Counted from the stretch's first letter, positions 37,315 through 45,970 are shown. The stretch: 64,000 nucleotides of DNA from Bacteroidota bacterium (GCA_013288325.1 JABDCB010000003.1:26015-90014), one strand, 5' to 3'. Translations and numbers: made by a program. The notes: generated by a model from the sequence alone, not told the origin.

Positions 37315-38505
37315 ATGTCACGCACTTCCGGTTTTTTTTTCAGACATGTAGCACAAACAAGTGAAGCTCCGCTGGCTCTTGAAATAGATCATGCGGAAGG
37401 ATCATGGATTTATGACACCACCGGTAAAAAATACCTCGATCTCATTTCCGGTATTTCGGTCAGTAATACCGGTCATCGCCATCCTACAGTAATTAAAGCC
37501 ATTCACCGGCAATTGGATCTATACCTCCATACGATGGTATTCGGCGAACATATTCAAGGCCCACAGGTGCAATTTGCACAGGCGCTGTCAGCCCGTTTGC
37601 CTTCTTCTCTCCAATCTGTTTATTTTACTAATTCCGGAGCAGAAGCGGTAGAAGGTGCCATGAAACTGGCCAAACGATTGACAGGCCGAAGCGGTTTTAT
37701 TTCTTTTCACAACGCCTATCATGGCAGTACACAAGGTGCATTAAGCATGATGGGAAGCGAATTATTCAAAAATGCCTTCCGCCCCTTGCTGCCCGATATG
37801 CATCAGCTGGAATTTAATTCATTGCCTGCATTGGAACAGATTGACCGGCATACGGCAGCTGTATTTGTAGAACCTGTGCAAGGTGAAGCAGGGGTTATAG
37901 CTGGAAATACAGCTTTTTTGAAGGCCGTCAGAAAACGATGTGATGATACAGGGTGTTTACTTGTATTTGATGAGATCCAGACCGGATTTGGCCGTACCGG
38001 TAAACTCTTTGCTTTTGAACAAAGCGGTGTCATACCCGACATCCTGCTTTGTGCCAAAGGAATGGGCGGAGGAATGCCACTGGGTGCATTTATAAGTTCT
38101 GTGGAGCGGATGAAATCCCTTAGTCATGATCCGGTGCTGGGGCACTTAACTACGTTTGGAGGCCATCCTGTTTCCTGTGCTGCCGGACTGGCATCGATGG
38201 AGGTGCTGGAAAAAGAAGATCTGATTAGCGCTGTCAAAGAAAAAGAACTGCTGTTTTTACAACTGTTAAAACATCCGGAAATAAAGGCTGTCCGAAGCGC
38301 CGGTTTACTAATTGCAATTGAATTTGAAAACGAGACGATCAACCGCAAAATTATTGCTTCTTGTATGGAAAAAGGGGTGTTGACAGACTGGTTTCTGTTT
38401 AATGCCGAATGTTTACGGATAGCCCCTCCGCTTACGATAACAGAAAATGAGATCCGATTTGCCTGTGAAGCTATTCTGGAAAGTGCACAGCTTTGCCGGA
38501 AGTGA
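37315..38505 (+). CDS. Class-III (acetylornithine/ornithine family) PLP aminotransferase
   Basis: 396 aa. LISGISVSNTGHRHP, DEIQTGFGRTGKLFAFE, LCAKGMGGGMP (PLP-lysine region). Confidence 0.85.
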   Translation: MSRTSGFFFRHVAQTSEAPLALEIDHAEGSWIYDTTGKKYLDLISGISVSNTGHRHPTVIKAIHRQLDLYLHTMVFGEHIQGPQVQFAQALSARLPSSLQSVYFTNSGAEAVEGAMKLAKRLTGRSGFISFHNAYHGSTQGALSMMGSELFKNAFRPLLPDMHQLEFNSLPALEQIDRHTAAVFVEPVQGEAGVIAGNTAFLKAVRKRCDDTGCLLVFDEIQTGFGRTGKLFAFEQSGVIPDILLCAKGMGGGMPLGAFISSVERMKSLSHDPVLGHLTTFGGHPVSCAAGLASMEVLEKEDLISAVKEKELLFLQLLKHPEIKAVRSAGLLIAIEFENETINRKIIASCMEKGVLTDWFLFNAECLRIAPPLTITENEIRFACEAILESAQLCRK

Positions 38506-38550
38506 AAAAATTCAGAACTTAGCAGGGCCTACAAGCATAAAAAAAACAGA

Positions 38551-39228
38551 ATGAACGTATTGATAGTTGAAGACGAGCAGAACCTGAGCAGAGAAATTGG
38601 AATTTTTCTTCAAAAGGAAAACTATACCTGCGACTTTGCAGGCAACCGAAAAGATGCTTCGGAAAAGATCTTTGTAAACAATTATGATTTTATTCTGCTG
38701 GATCTGGGTTTGCCCGATGGTGATGGAATGACCCTTATTGAAGAAGCCAGAAATGCGGAAAAAGAAGCTTCCTTTATTATTTTAACTGCCAGAGGGGCTA
38801 CAGACGATAAAATTGCAGGACTCAATCTGGGGGCCGATGATTATGTGGCCAAACCCTTTTCCCTCCCCGAGCTGCATTCTCGTATGCAGGCTATAACAAG
38901 ACGGAGACATGGGCTCAAAAAAAATACGATTACGTTTTTTGATTTTACCATGGATATCCCCAACCGGAGCGTGAGGTTTGGAGACAAAGAAGTTACACTC
39001 ACAAAAAAGGAGTTCGATATCCTGCATTACCTGCTGCTTAATAAAAACAGGGTACTTACCCGACTCCAGCTTACCGAACATATCTGGGGAAACATACTCG
39101 AAGATGATTACGACAGTAATTATATGGATGTTCACATCAAAAATCTTCGTAAAAAGCTTTCTGCTTTTGCAGAGACCGACTGGCTGGAAACAGTTCGGGG
39201 AATAGGCTATAAGGTGAGTATGAAATGA
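38551..39228 (+). CDS. OmpR-family response regulator
   Basis: Receiver (LIVEDE...ILLDLGLPDGDG) plus a winged-helix trans_reg_C domain. Confidence 0.9.
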   Translation: MNVLIVEDEQNLSREIGIFLQKENYTCDFAGNRKDASEKIFVNNYDFILLDLGLPDGDGMTLIEEARNAEKEASFIILTARGATDDKIAGLNLGADDYVAKPFSLPELHSRMQAITRRRHGLKKNTITFFDFTMDIPNRSVRFGDKEVTLTKKEFDILHYLLLNKNRVLTRLQLTEHIWGNILEDDYDSNYMDVHIKNLRKKLSAFAETDWLETVRGIGYKVSMK

Positions 39229-40559
39229 AGCTCCGCACCAAACTAAGTTTATACAGCACGCTTTCCAAACTCATCGTCCTCGTTGCTTTCATCATCATCG
39301 TACCGCTGATTGTTTCCATTGTGTCCACTCAGCACACCGACAACCGTCTTCAGAACATGAAAGACAAGGTGATTAAGCTGGTGGATAAAGTGGGGATCAA
39401 GGAATTCCTTCAAGAAGAAGAAGACAGCGTATATGCCGATTATAACATCCTGAAAGAAGAATACATCGTTATTGAGGCTACCGAAAAGGTTATTCCTGCC
39501 GTTCAATTTGAAAATACCGAACGGGTTTGGGAAGGAGGAACCGTTAATTACAGGGTCCTGAACGTGACATTTATTTATGGAGGACATTTGTATCTACTTG
39601 AAATAGGAAAAAGCCTTGTGCTGGTTAAGGAGCTGAACGGCGTGCTTCAGAAAGTTGCTTTTTTTGTTCTTATCATATCATTTGCCATTACCATATTGCT
39701 CAATGTGGGGTATTCCAATTACCTGTTGCGGCCTTTTCATATGATCATTGAAAAAAAGCTGAAGAATGTATACCACCCGGAAAAATTCAACTTTGAAACC
39801 ATTCCCACCACCACTTCTGACTTTATATACCTCGATCAGACGATCAATGAGATGATGCGCAAGATCAGGGACGCATTCAGCAGGGAGAAAGAGTTTATTT
39901 CCAATGTTTCGCATGAACTGATGACCCCCATCAGCGTATTGCAAACCCGTTTTGAGAATATGCTTGCAGAAGGTCGTCTGGATGAAGAAACATCTCTTAA
40001 AATTATTGAATCACTTAAAACCCTCAACCGGCTTAAGAAAATCACCAATACCCTACTCCTTATTTCAAGGATTGAAAATGAGCAATATCTCAAAAATGAT
40101 AACCTGAGTCTGAAATCATTGGCTGAGGAAGTATTTTCAGAAATTGAAGAGCGGTTTACGGAAAAAAATATTGAGGCCTCTATCCGATTCAAGGACGATT
40201 TTATCTTCCGTTCCTGTAACCACGATCTTCTTTTTACCTTGCTGTTTAACCTGGTAAACAACGCCATTAAATACAATAAAGAAAATGGAAAAATATTCGT
40301 AAATGGCTATTATTCAGGCAATAACTTTGTTCTTGAAGTGGAAGATACCGGTATCGGAATCCCTCTGGAACAACGAAGTCATATCTTTAGCCGGTTTAAA
40401 CGCTTGAATTCCAACAGTACAGAAGGATATGGATTAGGCCTTCCGATTGTTCAAACAATAGCAGAATTCCATGATATTCAAGTATTTGTAAACTCAGAAC
40501 CCGGAAAAGGATCTATCTTCAAGCTGATTATTTCGAATACAGATAAAAATAATTCATAA
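39225..40559 (+). CDS. Sensor histidine kinase (cognate, 4-nt overlap with the RR)
   Basis: TM-periplasmic-TM topology, HisKA (SHELMTPIS) and HATPase_c (DTGIGIP, GYGLGL) motifs. Confidence 0.9.
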   Translation: MKLRTKLSLYSTLSKLIVLVAFIIIVPLIVSIVSTQHTDNRLQNMKDKVIKLVDKVGIKEFLQEEEDSVYADYNILKEEYIVIEATEKVIPAVQFENTERVWEGGTVNYRVLNVTFIYGGHLYLLEIGKSLVLVKELNGVLQKVAFFVLIISFAITILLNVGYSNYLLRPFHMIIEKKLKNVYHPEKFNFETIPTTTSDFIYLDQTINEMMRKIRDAFSREKEFISNVSHELMTPISVLQTRFENMLAEGRLDEETSLKIIESLKTLNRLKKITNTLLLISRIENEQYLKNDNLSLKSLAEEVFSEIEERFTEKNIEASIRFKDDFIFRSCNHDLLFTLLFNLVNNAIKYNKENGKIFVNGYYSGNNFVLEVEDTGIGIPLEQRSHIFSRFKRLNSNSTEGYGLGLPIVQTIAEFHDIQVFVNSEPGKGSIFKLIISNTDKNNS

Positions 40560-40643
40560 ATCTTCATAATCACTTCATACTCTTTCCACATCTTTGTTCC
40601 CGGAAATAACCAAACAAACAATTAACCCCAAACAAACAACAAA

Positions 40644-40826
40644 ATGAAAAAGATCATCGCTCTGTTCATCGCTGCTGCATTCGCAACTTCTATGATTGCT
40701 CAAGATGCTAAGAAAGAAACTGCTCCTGCTAAGAAGGACGACAAAAAGAAAGAAGCTCCTGCTAAGAAGGATGACAAAAAGAAAGAAGCTCCTGCTAAGA
40801 AAGAAGACAAACCAAAAAATAACTAA
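40644..40826 (+). CDS. Small secreted Lys-rich tandem-repeat peptide (60 aa)
   Basis: Signal peptide MKKIIALFIAAAFATSMIAQ, then 3 x (E)APAKKDDKKK repeats. A strong terminator immediately follows. Confidence 0.45.
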   Translation: MKKIIALFIAAAFATSMIAQDAKKETAPAKKDDKKKEAPAKKDDKKKEAPAKKEDKPKNN

Positions 40827-40842
40827 TTTGGTTTTTCAATAT

Positions 40843-40874
40843 AAAAAAAGGAGATCTTCGGATCTCCTTTTTTT
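40843..40874 (+). terminator. Rho-independent terminator
   Basis: 'aaaggagatcttcggatctccttttttt': 10-bp stem, UUCG loop, T-run. Confidence 0.75.
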
Positions 40875-40890
40875 ATGCCTTCCTTTTATG

Positions 40891-40956
40891 TCCTCCCCCC
40901 TGCCCCCTCCGGAGGGGGACAAGTGCGTATCCACCTCTGGAGGGGACAGGGGGAGG
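40891..40956. repeat. G/C-rich inverted-repeat element of the same family as 1912-1945 (overlaps the 3' end of the CoA-binding gene)
   Basis: 'cctcccccctgccccctcc' ... 'ggaggggacagggggagg' inverted arms. Central 'ccctccggaggg' palindrome. Shares the 'ggagggg(g)caagggggagg' core with the 1640-2750 repeats. Confidence 0.6.
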
Positions 40957-40959
40957 ATA

Positions 40960-41319
40960 TCAGTAATTACCTATGGATAGCATTACCAGCGTACAAGCTA
41001 CTTCCGCCTCAATTCCTTCTTTCCTTACCATTTCTTCAAATTCAGGATTCTCTGTTCCCGGATTAAAAATAACACGTCGGGGTTTTAAGGAGAGAATATA
41101 ATTATAATAACCAGGCTGATGAGCAGGGCCTATATACAACGTTACGGTATCAATATTTTTCAATTCCGGCATTCCGGTTTGGATTGTTACTCCCTCCACT
41201 TCACCCGCTTTTATACCGATTGCCAGCACTTCCTCCCCGTGTTTTTTCAACTGTTGAATAGCCTTATAAGCATATTTCTCAGGATTCGTTGATGCTCCGA
41301 TTACAAGTGTTCTGGACAT
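40960..41319 (-). CDS. CoA-binding domain protein (YccU-like)
   Basis: 119 aa. Rossmann-like N-terminus, about 120-aa size and GxxxN motif typical of small CoA-binding proteins. Confidence 0.7.
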   Translation of the reverse strand: MSRTLVIGASTNPEKYAYKAIQQLKKHGEEVLAIGIKAGEVEGVTIQTGMPELKNIDTVTLYIGPAHQPGYYNYILSLKPRRVIFNPGTENPEFEEMVRKEGIEAEVACTLVMLSIGNY

Positions 41320-41372
41320 GATACTGATTTTATATAAAGGTACGGAATTGCAGGCGTAGCGAAAAACAGGGT

Positions 41373-42620
41373 CTATTCGGTATAATCCAGATCCTTCCCA
41401 TGGGTCTCATCCATTTTCCAGATAGAAAGAAGGGCCAATACAATAACTACAATACCTACATACAGCGCTGCATTCAAAATTCCATGACCAGCCGGTGCAT
41501 TACACCAGGGTTCATCCTTCATCCATTTCCACATGAGGGTCATGAGAATGACCATTCCTCTTACAAAATTGGGAACCGTAGTTGTTACGGTAGACCGGAT
41601 ATTGGTTCCGAATTGTTCCGAAGCCACCGTAATAAAGATGGCCCAATACCCTTGCGCCACACCCAACAGGAACATAATAAAGTAAAAAAGCAGACCCGAT
41701 GCGCCCCAGGCTCCGCAATACCAAAAGGTCATTAAAGCAACGAACAGAATAGCAATGGCTACTGTTTTGCGTCTTGATTTTAATTTCTGACTTAATATAC
41801 CCGTAAGAAAGCTGCCTATAGCTGCACCCGTATAATGAAACATAATGGCTTTACCCGGACTTATAGCTTCCTGAACACCCAATGCTTCACCAAATTCTTT
41901 TGAATAGAGAATCAGGATTCCGATGACAAACCAGACTGGAACACCAATCAGAATGCATCGGAGATACTTGATGAATTGTTTCCAGCTTCGGAAGAGGCTG
42001 AAAAAGTCTCCCCTTTTTACTGACGATTCTTTTAGCTTGGCAAACATGCCTGATTCGTTCACATATATTCTCAGTGCAAGCAGGCACAATCCAAGTATTC
42101 CTCCTGCCCAATACGCCTGTCTCCAACCCCATTGACTTACCAGATAAGCCAATATAGCACCGCATATTCCCACTCCGGATACAATACTGGTGGCATAAGC
42201 CCGGTTTTCTTTTGTCATTACTTCCGACACCAGGGTAATGCCTATTCCCAGTTCACCAGCCAGGCCAAAGCCTGCAATGAAACGAAGAGCAGCATACATG
42301 TTCAGATCGGATCCTACAAAACCATTGGCAATATTGGCCAGGGAATAAACGAGGATGGTTCCGAACAAAGTAGCAAGTCGCCCTTTCTTATCACCCAGAA
42401 TACCCCAGAAGATACCTCCCAAAAGCATCCCTCCCATTTGCATATTCATCAGAAAAAGTCCGGAGGAAATGAGGGCATTATCTGCAATGCCCATAGCTTT
42501 TAAACTGGGCACACGCACAATGCCGAAAAGGATCAGATCGTAGATATCTACAAAATAACCCAAAGCGGCTACCAGTACAATGATATTAACGGGACTCTTA
42601 TGGTATTGTTTGGTATTCAT
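41373..42620 (-). CDS. MFS transporter (start moved to internal MNTKQY)
   Basis: 12-TM MFS pattern. The upstream extension from 42752 (MHFVSIGEEGDW...) has no MFS character and runs into the repeat region. Confidence 0.8.
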   Translation of the reverse strand: MNTKQYHKSPVNIIVLVAALGYFVDIYDLILFGIVRVPSLKAMGIADNALISSGLFLMNMQMGGMLLGGIFWGILGDKKGRLATLFGTILVYSLANIANGFVGSDLNMYAALRFIAGFGLAGELGIGITLVSEVMTKENRAYATSIVSGVGICGAILAYLVSQWGWRQAYWAGGILGLCLLALRIYVNESGMFAKLKESSVKRGDFFSLFRSWKQFIKYLRCILIGVPVWFVIGILILYSKEFGEALGVQEAISPGKAIMFHYTGAAIGSFLTGILSQKLKSRRKTVAIAILFVALMTFWYCGAWGASGLLFYFIMFLLGVAQGYWAIFITVASEQFGTNIRSTVTTTVPNFVRGMVILMTLMWKWMKDEPWCNAPAGHGILNAALYVGIVVIVLALLSIWKMDETHGKDLDYTE

Positions 42621-42759
42621 CTCGATTTGTCGCTTGCTCTGAAATACAGGAAGAGCCTTTTGATGTGTCAAAGAAATAAAAAAAACGGGACCTGTACCAT
42701 CTCCATCTGCACAAATCCAATCTCCTTCTTCACCGATTGATACAAAATGCATACATATA

Positions 42760-43330
42760 TCACCTCCATCCTTACCGATACCATCTCCAACGATACAAAT
42801 CTTATCTCCCTGTACACAAATCCTATCTCCAACGACACCGATCCATACTAAATCTTTATCTATACCACTTCCATCGATCGAAATCCGTTAATTTCTTTAC
42901 CGACACTATCTCCTTTGTTAGAAAAACGAACAATTTCTTTAGCGATACCATCTTCGACTTTGCAAATTGTATCTACTACTATAGACATTTGTACTCCGTC
43001 TATAGACATCCGTACTCCATCTATAGATGGAGTACCTGTTTGTACGATCAAGCATTCTCTGTTTGTACATTTAGATCGGATTTGCAGACAGATTGACAGC
43101 ATTTCGATCGATGGAGATGGTATCTCTACATAAGGAGATCCGGTTTCTATACATGGAGATCCTTTCTCGATGCAGAGAGAACAAATTTGCAAAGAAATTG
43201 ACCTGATTTCTAACAAAAAAAATAATTTTCTTTAGAAGGAGATACAATCTGTGAAGAAGGAGATACAATATCTATCGTTGCACCACCTCCATCTATAGAT
43301 GGAGAGTGTCCTACTATAGAGATAGCACCT
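42760..43330. repeat. Palindrome-rich low-complexity intergenic region (about 570 bp)
   Basis: Perfect 18-bp palindrome 'ctccatctatagatggag' twice (about 43010 and 43290). 'tctatagacat' x2. 'ggagatacaat' x2. 'ggagatcc' x2. Many 'atctcc/ggagat' words. No convincing ORF. Confidence 0.7.
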
Positions 43331-43375
43331 ATTCTGAAGTTTCAGAATAAAATTTGCTGACAAATTGTCTTAGTT

Positions 43376-43695
43376 GCGCCGGCATTTATGGAGTTGCCCC
43401 GGCATTCATGCCTGGAGATAAGAGTAACACAAAAAATAAAGGGGGCTTTAGAAGTAAGGCGTGAGTTGCCCCGGCATTCATGCCGGGGATTAGAAGGGAA
43501 ACAATAAACAAAAGGGGCTTTAGCCCTTGGGATTACTCCTTGCTTTGCTCGAGCAAGTTCGGCTCTTCGGTGATCGAGCGGAGGCGAAACCACTACTCGG
43601 GATTACTCGCCCCCTTCGGTGGCTCGTGATCCCTTTAGGGGAGGCCTGCAGTAAAGTGAACCAAGCCCCTTCGGGGTATTTTTATTTTTCGCTCA
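43376..43695 (+). ncRNA. Candidate structured non-coding RNA (unknown family) with duplicated about 75-nt module and terminator
   Basis: Module repeated at about 43389-43460 and 43463-43535, each with an 8-bp hairpin ccccggca-ttca-tgccgggg and 'aaaaggggctttag'. It is followed by several GC stems with UUCG tetraloops (ggctcttcgg, cccccttcgg, agccccttcgggg) and a U-run (tatttttattttt). Convergent with the tRNA-Ser terminator. SRP, tmRNA and RNase P signature motifs are not present. Confidence 0.3.
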
Positions 43696-43727
43696 TTTCG
43701 AAAAAACTAGTTTTTTCTCATTCACTA

Positions 43728-43757
43728 CAAAATAAAAACCCCCACTTGCGTGGGGGC
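43728..43757 (-). terminator. Terminator hairpin downstream of tRNA-Ser
   Basis: 'cccccacttgcgtggggg' stem-loop. The minus strand is followed by a T-run. Confidence 0.6.
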
Positions 43758-43774
43758 TTGGTTCTACTTTACTG

Positions 43775-43859
43775 CGGAGAGGGAGGGATTCGAACCCCCG
43801 GAGCTATTACACTCAGTAGTTTTCAAGACTACCGCAATAGACCACTCTGCCACCTCTCC
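43775..43859 (-). tRNA. tRNA-Ser (anticodon TGA)
   Basis: Minus strand reads GGAGAGGTGGCAGAGTGGTCtattGCGGTAGTCTTGAAAACTACtgagtgtaatagctcCGGGGGTTCGAATCCCTCCCTCTCCg: 7-bp acceptor stem, anticodon loop cT-TGA-Aa, long variable arm (class II), T-loop TTCGAAT. Confidence 0.85.
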
Positions 43860-43863
43860 GGGG

Positions 43864-43871
43864 CAAAGATA
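43864..43871 (-). promoter_or_regulatory. Putative -7 box (TAtcTTTG) driving tRNA-Ser
   Basis: The minus-strand 'tatctttg' ends 5 nt upstream of the tRNA 5' end. Confidence 0.4.
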
Positions 43872-43994
43872 ATGACTAATGAGAAATAAAAAAGAAATAT
43901 ATTGTTCTATGGTCACTTTGTGGCTGAAAGCCAATAACGGTGGGCTATCTATTCTCCCGGAACAGGATAATGTACTGTGGTTGTTTCTCTGGTT

Positions 43995-44459
43995 CTATAT
44001 AAAAAGCACCAAAGCTGACAGTTTTTCAATAAGATCTTCTTTCTTTTTTGAAGATACATCTACCCGTTCTCCGTTTGACATGATCACATAGCCTCCATCC
44101 GACTTGATGTATTTGGAGATATGCAACAGATTAACCAGATAAGAGCGATGAATACGAAAAAAGCCAAACGGGGATAAAAGGTCATCGAACTCCTTTAAAT
44201 TCTTGGAGCTGACTATCTTATCACTAATTTCAGAATAGATAGTGGTATATGGGCCGTCGGACTGGAGAAATATGATTTGTTCCAGTTCAATCATCAACAT
44301 TCCGGAAGCGGAATTGATGGCTATCTTCCTGGGAAAATTCCTGGATTTTCCTCTTTCCGACCTATGACTCCCCTGTGCAGAGGAAATAAGGTCGCTGAGC
44401 GGTTCAAACTCTCCTGTTTTAAGCATCATTTTCAGGGTGTTAGGTTTATGAATAGACAT
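43995..44459 (-). CDS. LytTR-family DNA-binding protein (no receiver domain)
   Basis: 154 aa. The C-terminal half FFRIHRSYLVNLLHISKYIKSDGGYVIMSNGERVDVS matches the LytTR domain core. Confidence 0.75.
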   Translation of the reverse strand: MSIHKPNTLKMMLKTGEFEPLSDLISSAQGSHRSERGKSRNFPRKIAINSASGMLMIELEQIIFLQSDGPYTTIYSEISDKIVSSKNLKEFDDLLSPFGFFRIHRSYLVNLLHISKYIKSDGGYVIMSNGERVDVSSKKKEDLIEKLSALVLFI

Positions 44460-44670
44460 TTAAATACCATTCTTTCCTACCTGTAAGATGCTTAAATCAT
44501 TGTATAGGTTGCATGGGTTGTATTCGAAGCATAAAATATAAGTCGTAAAAGGCAATATTAGGCGTTGACTATAGTGAAACCCAGGAGTACTATTACATTA
44601 ACTCACTGATCCCCTTCTCTTTATCAGATGAGTTGATAAATATCCACCCAGGGGTATGCCCTTCGTTTCG

Positions 44671-44678
44671 TAACTTTG
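44671..44678 (+). promoter_or_regulatory. Putative -7 box (TAacTTTG) for the desaturase-family gene
   Basis: 'taactttg', 26 bp upstream of the ATG at 44704. Confidence 0.35.
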
Positions 44679-44703
44679 TATGAATCAATAAAGGACCTGA
44701 AAT

Positions 44704-45468
44704 ATGCTTCATATGGATTGGAATTTCTGGATTCGCACCCTGATAACGGTTAGCTCCAGATACTTCATTATTGCCGGTATCGCATTCCTGATTGGATATG
44801 TGCTTTACCGCAAAGCCTTCGGATCAAAAAAAATCCAACCGGCCTTTCCTACCGGTAAAGATTACAGAAGAGAAATCGGGTATTCAATTATCACCATGCT
44901 CATTTTTACCTGTGTCCCCACCATCATTCTTACCACTCCTTCCATTGCCCGACACACCCTCTTTTACAGAGATATTCATCAATATAGCATGATTTATTTC
45001 TGGTCGGCTTTTGTTCTCATGCTCTTTATTCATGATACCTACTTCTATTGGGCTCATCGCTTAATGCACCATCCCAAATTGTTTAAATACTTTCATCTTG
45101 TGCATCATAAAAGTACCAACCCCTCACCCTGGGCAGCCTACTCTTTTCACCCGCTGGAGGCGTTTGTAGAAGTAGGTGTATATGTCCTGTTTCTTTTTAT
45201 CATGCCCATTCATGTGTACCACCTTATCTTTTTCTTTCTGTTCATGATTATCTACAATGTATACGGGCATCTGGGGTATGAGCTTTACCCAAGAAACTTT
45301 AACCGGACCCTTGTCGGAAAGTATATCAATACCTCTGTTTCCCATAATCAGCATCACAAGCATTTCAATGGCAACTATGGTCTTTACTTTACCATATGGG
45401 ACCATATGATGGGTACTATACGCAAGGACTATGACGAAGCCTTTGAAGAAGTAAAGACACGCAGGTAG
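44704..45468 (+). CDS. Fatty acid hydroxylase / sterol desaturase family membrane protein
   Basis: 254 aa. His boxes HRLMHH, HLVHHKS, HNQHHKHF. 4 TM helices. Confidence 0.8.
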   Translation: MLHMDWNFWIRTLITVSSRYFIIAGIAFLIGYVLYRKAFGSKKIQPAFPTGKDYRREIGYSIITMLIFTCVPTIILTTPSIARHTLFYRDIHQYSMIYFWSAFVLMLFIHDTYFYWAHRLMHHPKLFKYFHLVHHKSTNPSPWAAYSFHPLEAFVEVGVYVLFLFIMPIHVYHLIFFFLFMIIYNVYGHLGYELYPRNFNRTLVGKYINTSVSHNQHHKHFNGNYGLYFTIWDHMMGTIRKDYDEAFEEVKTRR

Positions 45469-45478
45469 CGCCGTCCTT

Positions 45479-45970
45479 TTATCGTTCTGTGATTCGTTTC
45501 TTTTTTGCTATTTTTTCATCCAGAGACATGACTCCCGGCCCTGCAAGCAGCAGAAAAAAACAAGTCATTATTTGCGCGTAATCCGACCTTATTTCATGCA
45601 ATACGGCCCAAATGCCTGCCTGAGGTGGTGCGGGAGGTAATGGCAAAGGAGATGTTCCCAGATAGAGGGCAATTTTTGTTGTAAAAACAGCCACCAGCAT
45701 CTGAAGAATAAAGTAAAGAGAGGTTACCCGGGTCAATAATCCCATCAGCAACATCAGTCCCCCAACTATTTCCATGACTGCTACAAAGTGAGCTAATGTT
45801 TCGGGCATTGGAAATCCCAGTTTGGTAAATCTTCCAACGCCTTGATTAGGGTATACGAATTTCAGTATCCCTTCCCAAAAGAAAACACCTCCTGCCATAA
45901 TCCGGAGCAGGATTATCTCTTTTGTTCCGTTTGTTGGTGGGCTCAGGAGCCATCCGGTTTGATTTTTCAT
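45479..45970 (-). CDS. DoxX family membrane protein
   Basis: 163 aa. RIMAGGVFFWEGILKFVYP... DoxX signature. Confidence 0.8.
   Translation of the reverse strand: MKNQTGWLLSPPTNGTKEIILLRIMAGGVFFWEGILKFVYPNQGVGRFTKLGFPMPETLAHFVAVMEIVGGLMLLMGLLTRVTSLYFILQMLVAVFTTKIALYLGTSPLPLPPAPPQAGIWAVLHEIRSDYAQIMTCFFLLLAGPGVMSLDEKIAKKKRITER

Noticed and set aside
42621-42752. N-terminal extension of the MFS transporter (start at 42752)
   Set aside because: The extension (MHFVSIGEEGDWICADGDGTGPVFF...) has no transporter character and reads into the low-complexity repeat. MNTKQY at 42620 precedes the first TM helix.
42737-43216. ORFs 42737..43096 (+) and 42860..43216 (-) in the palindrome-rich block
   Set aside because: Both are repetitive translations (YHLHPYRYHLQRYKSYL..., SIDGVRMSIDGVQMS...). 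They overlap each other and mirror the DNA palindromes. A RiPP-precursor idea was considered, but no adjacent modifying enzymes are present.
43376-43695. Assignment of the candidate sRNA to SRP RNA, RNase P RNA or tmRNA
   Set aside because: The conserved signatures are absent: GGAAGCAGCC for the 4.5S domain IV, GAAAGUCCGG for RNase P P4, and a tRNA-like GGGGGUUCGAUUCCCCC...ACCA 3' end or tag ORF for tmRNA.
43342-43889. ORFs 43342..43593 (-) and 43527..43889 (+)
   Set aside because: The first translates the duplicated hairpin module (repeating ...HECRGNS...). The second runs through the terminators and the tRNA-Ser gene.
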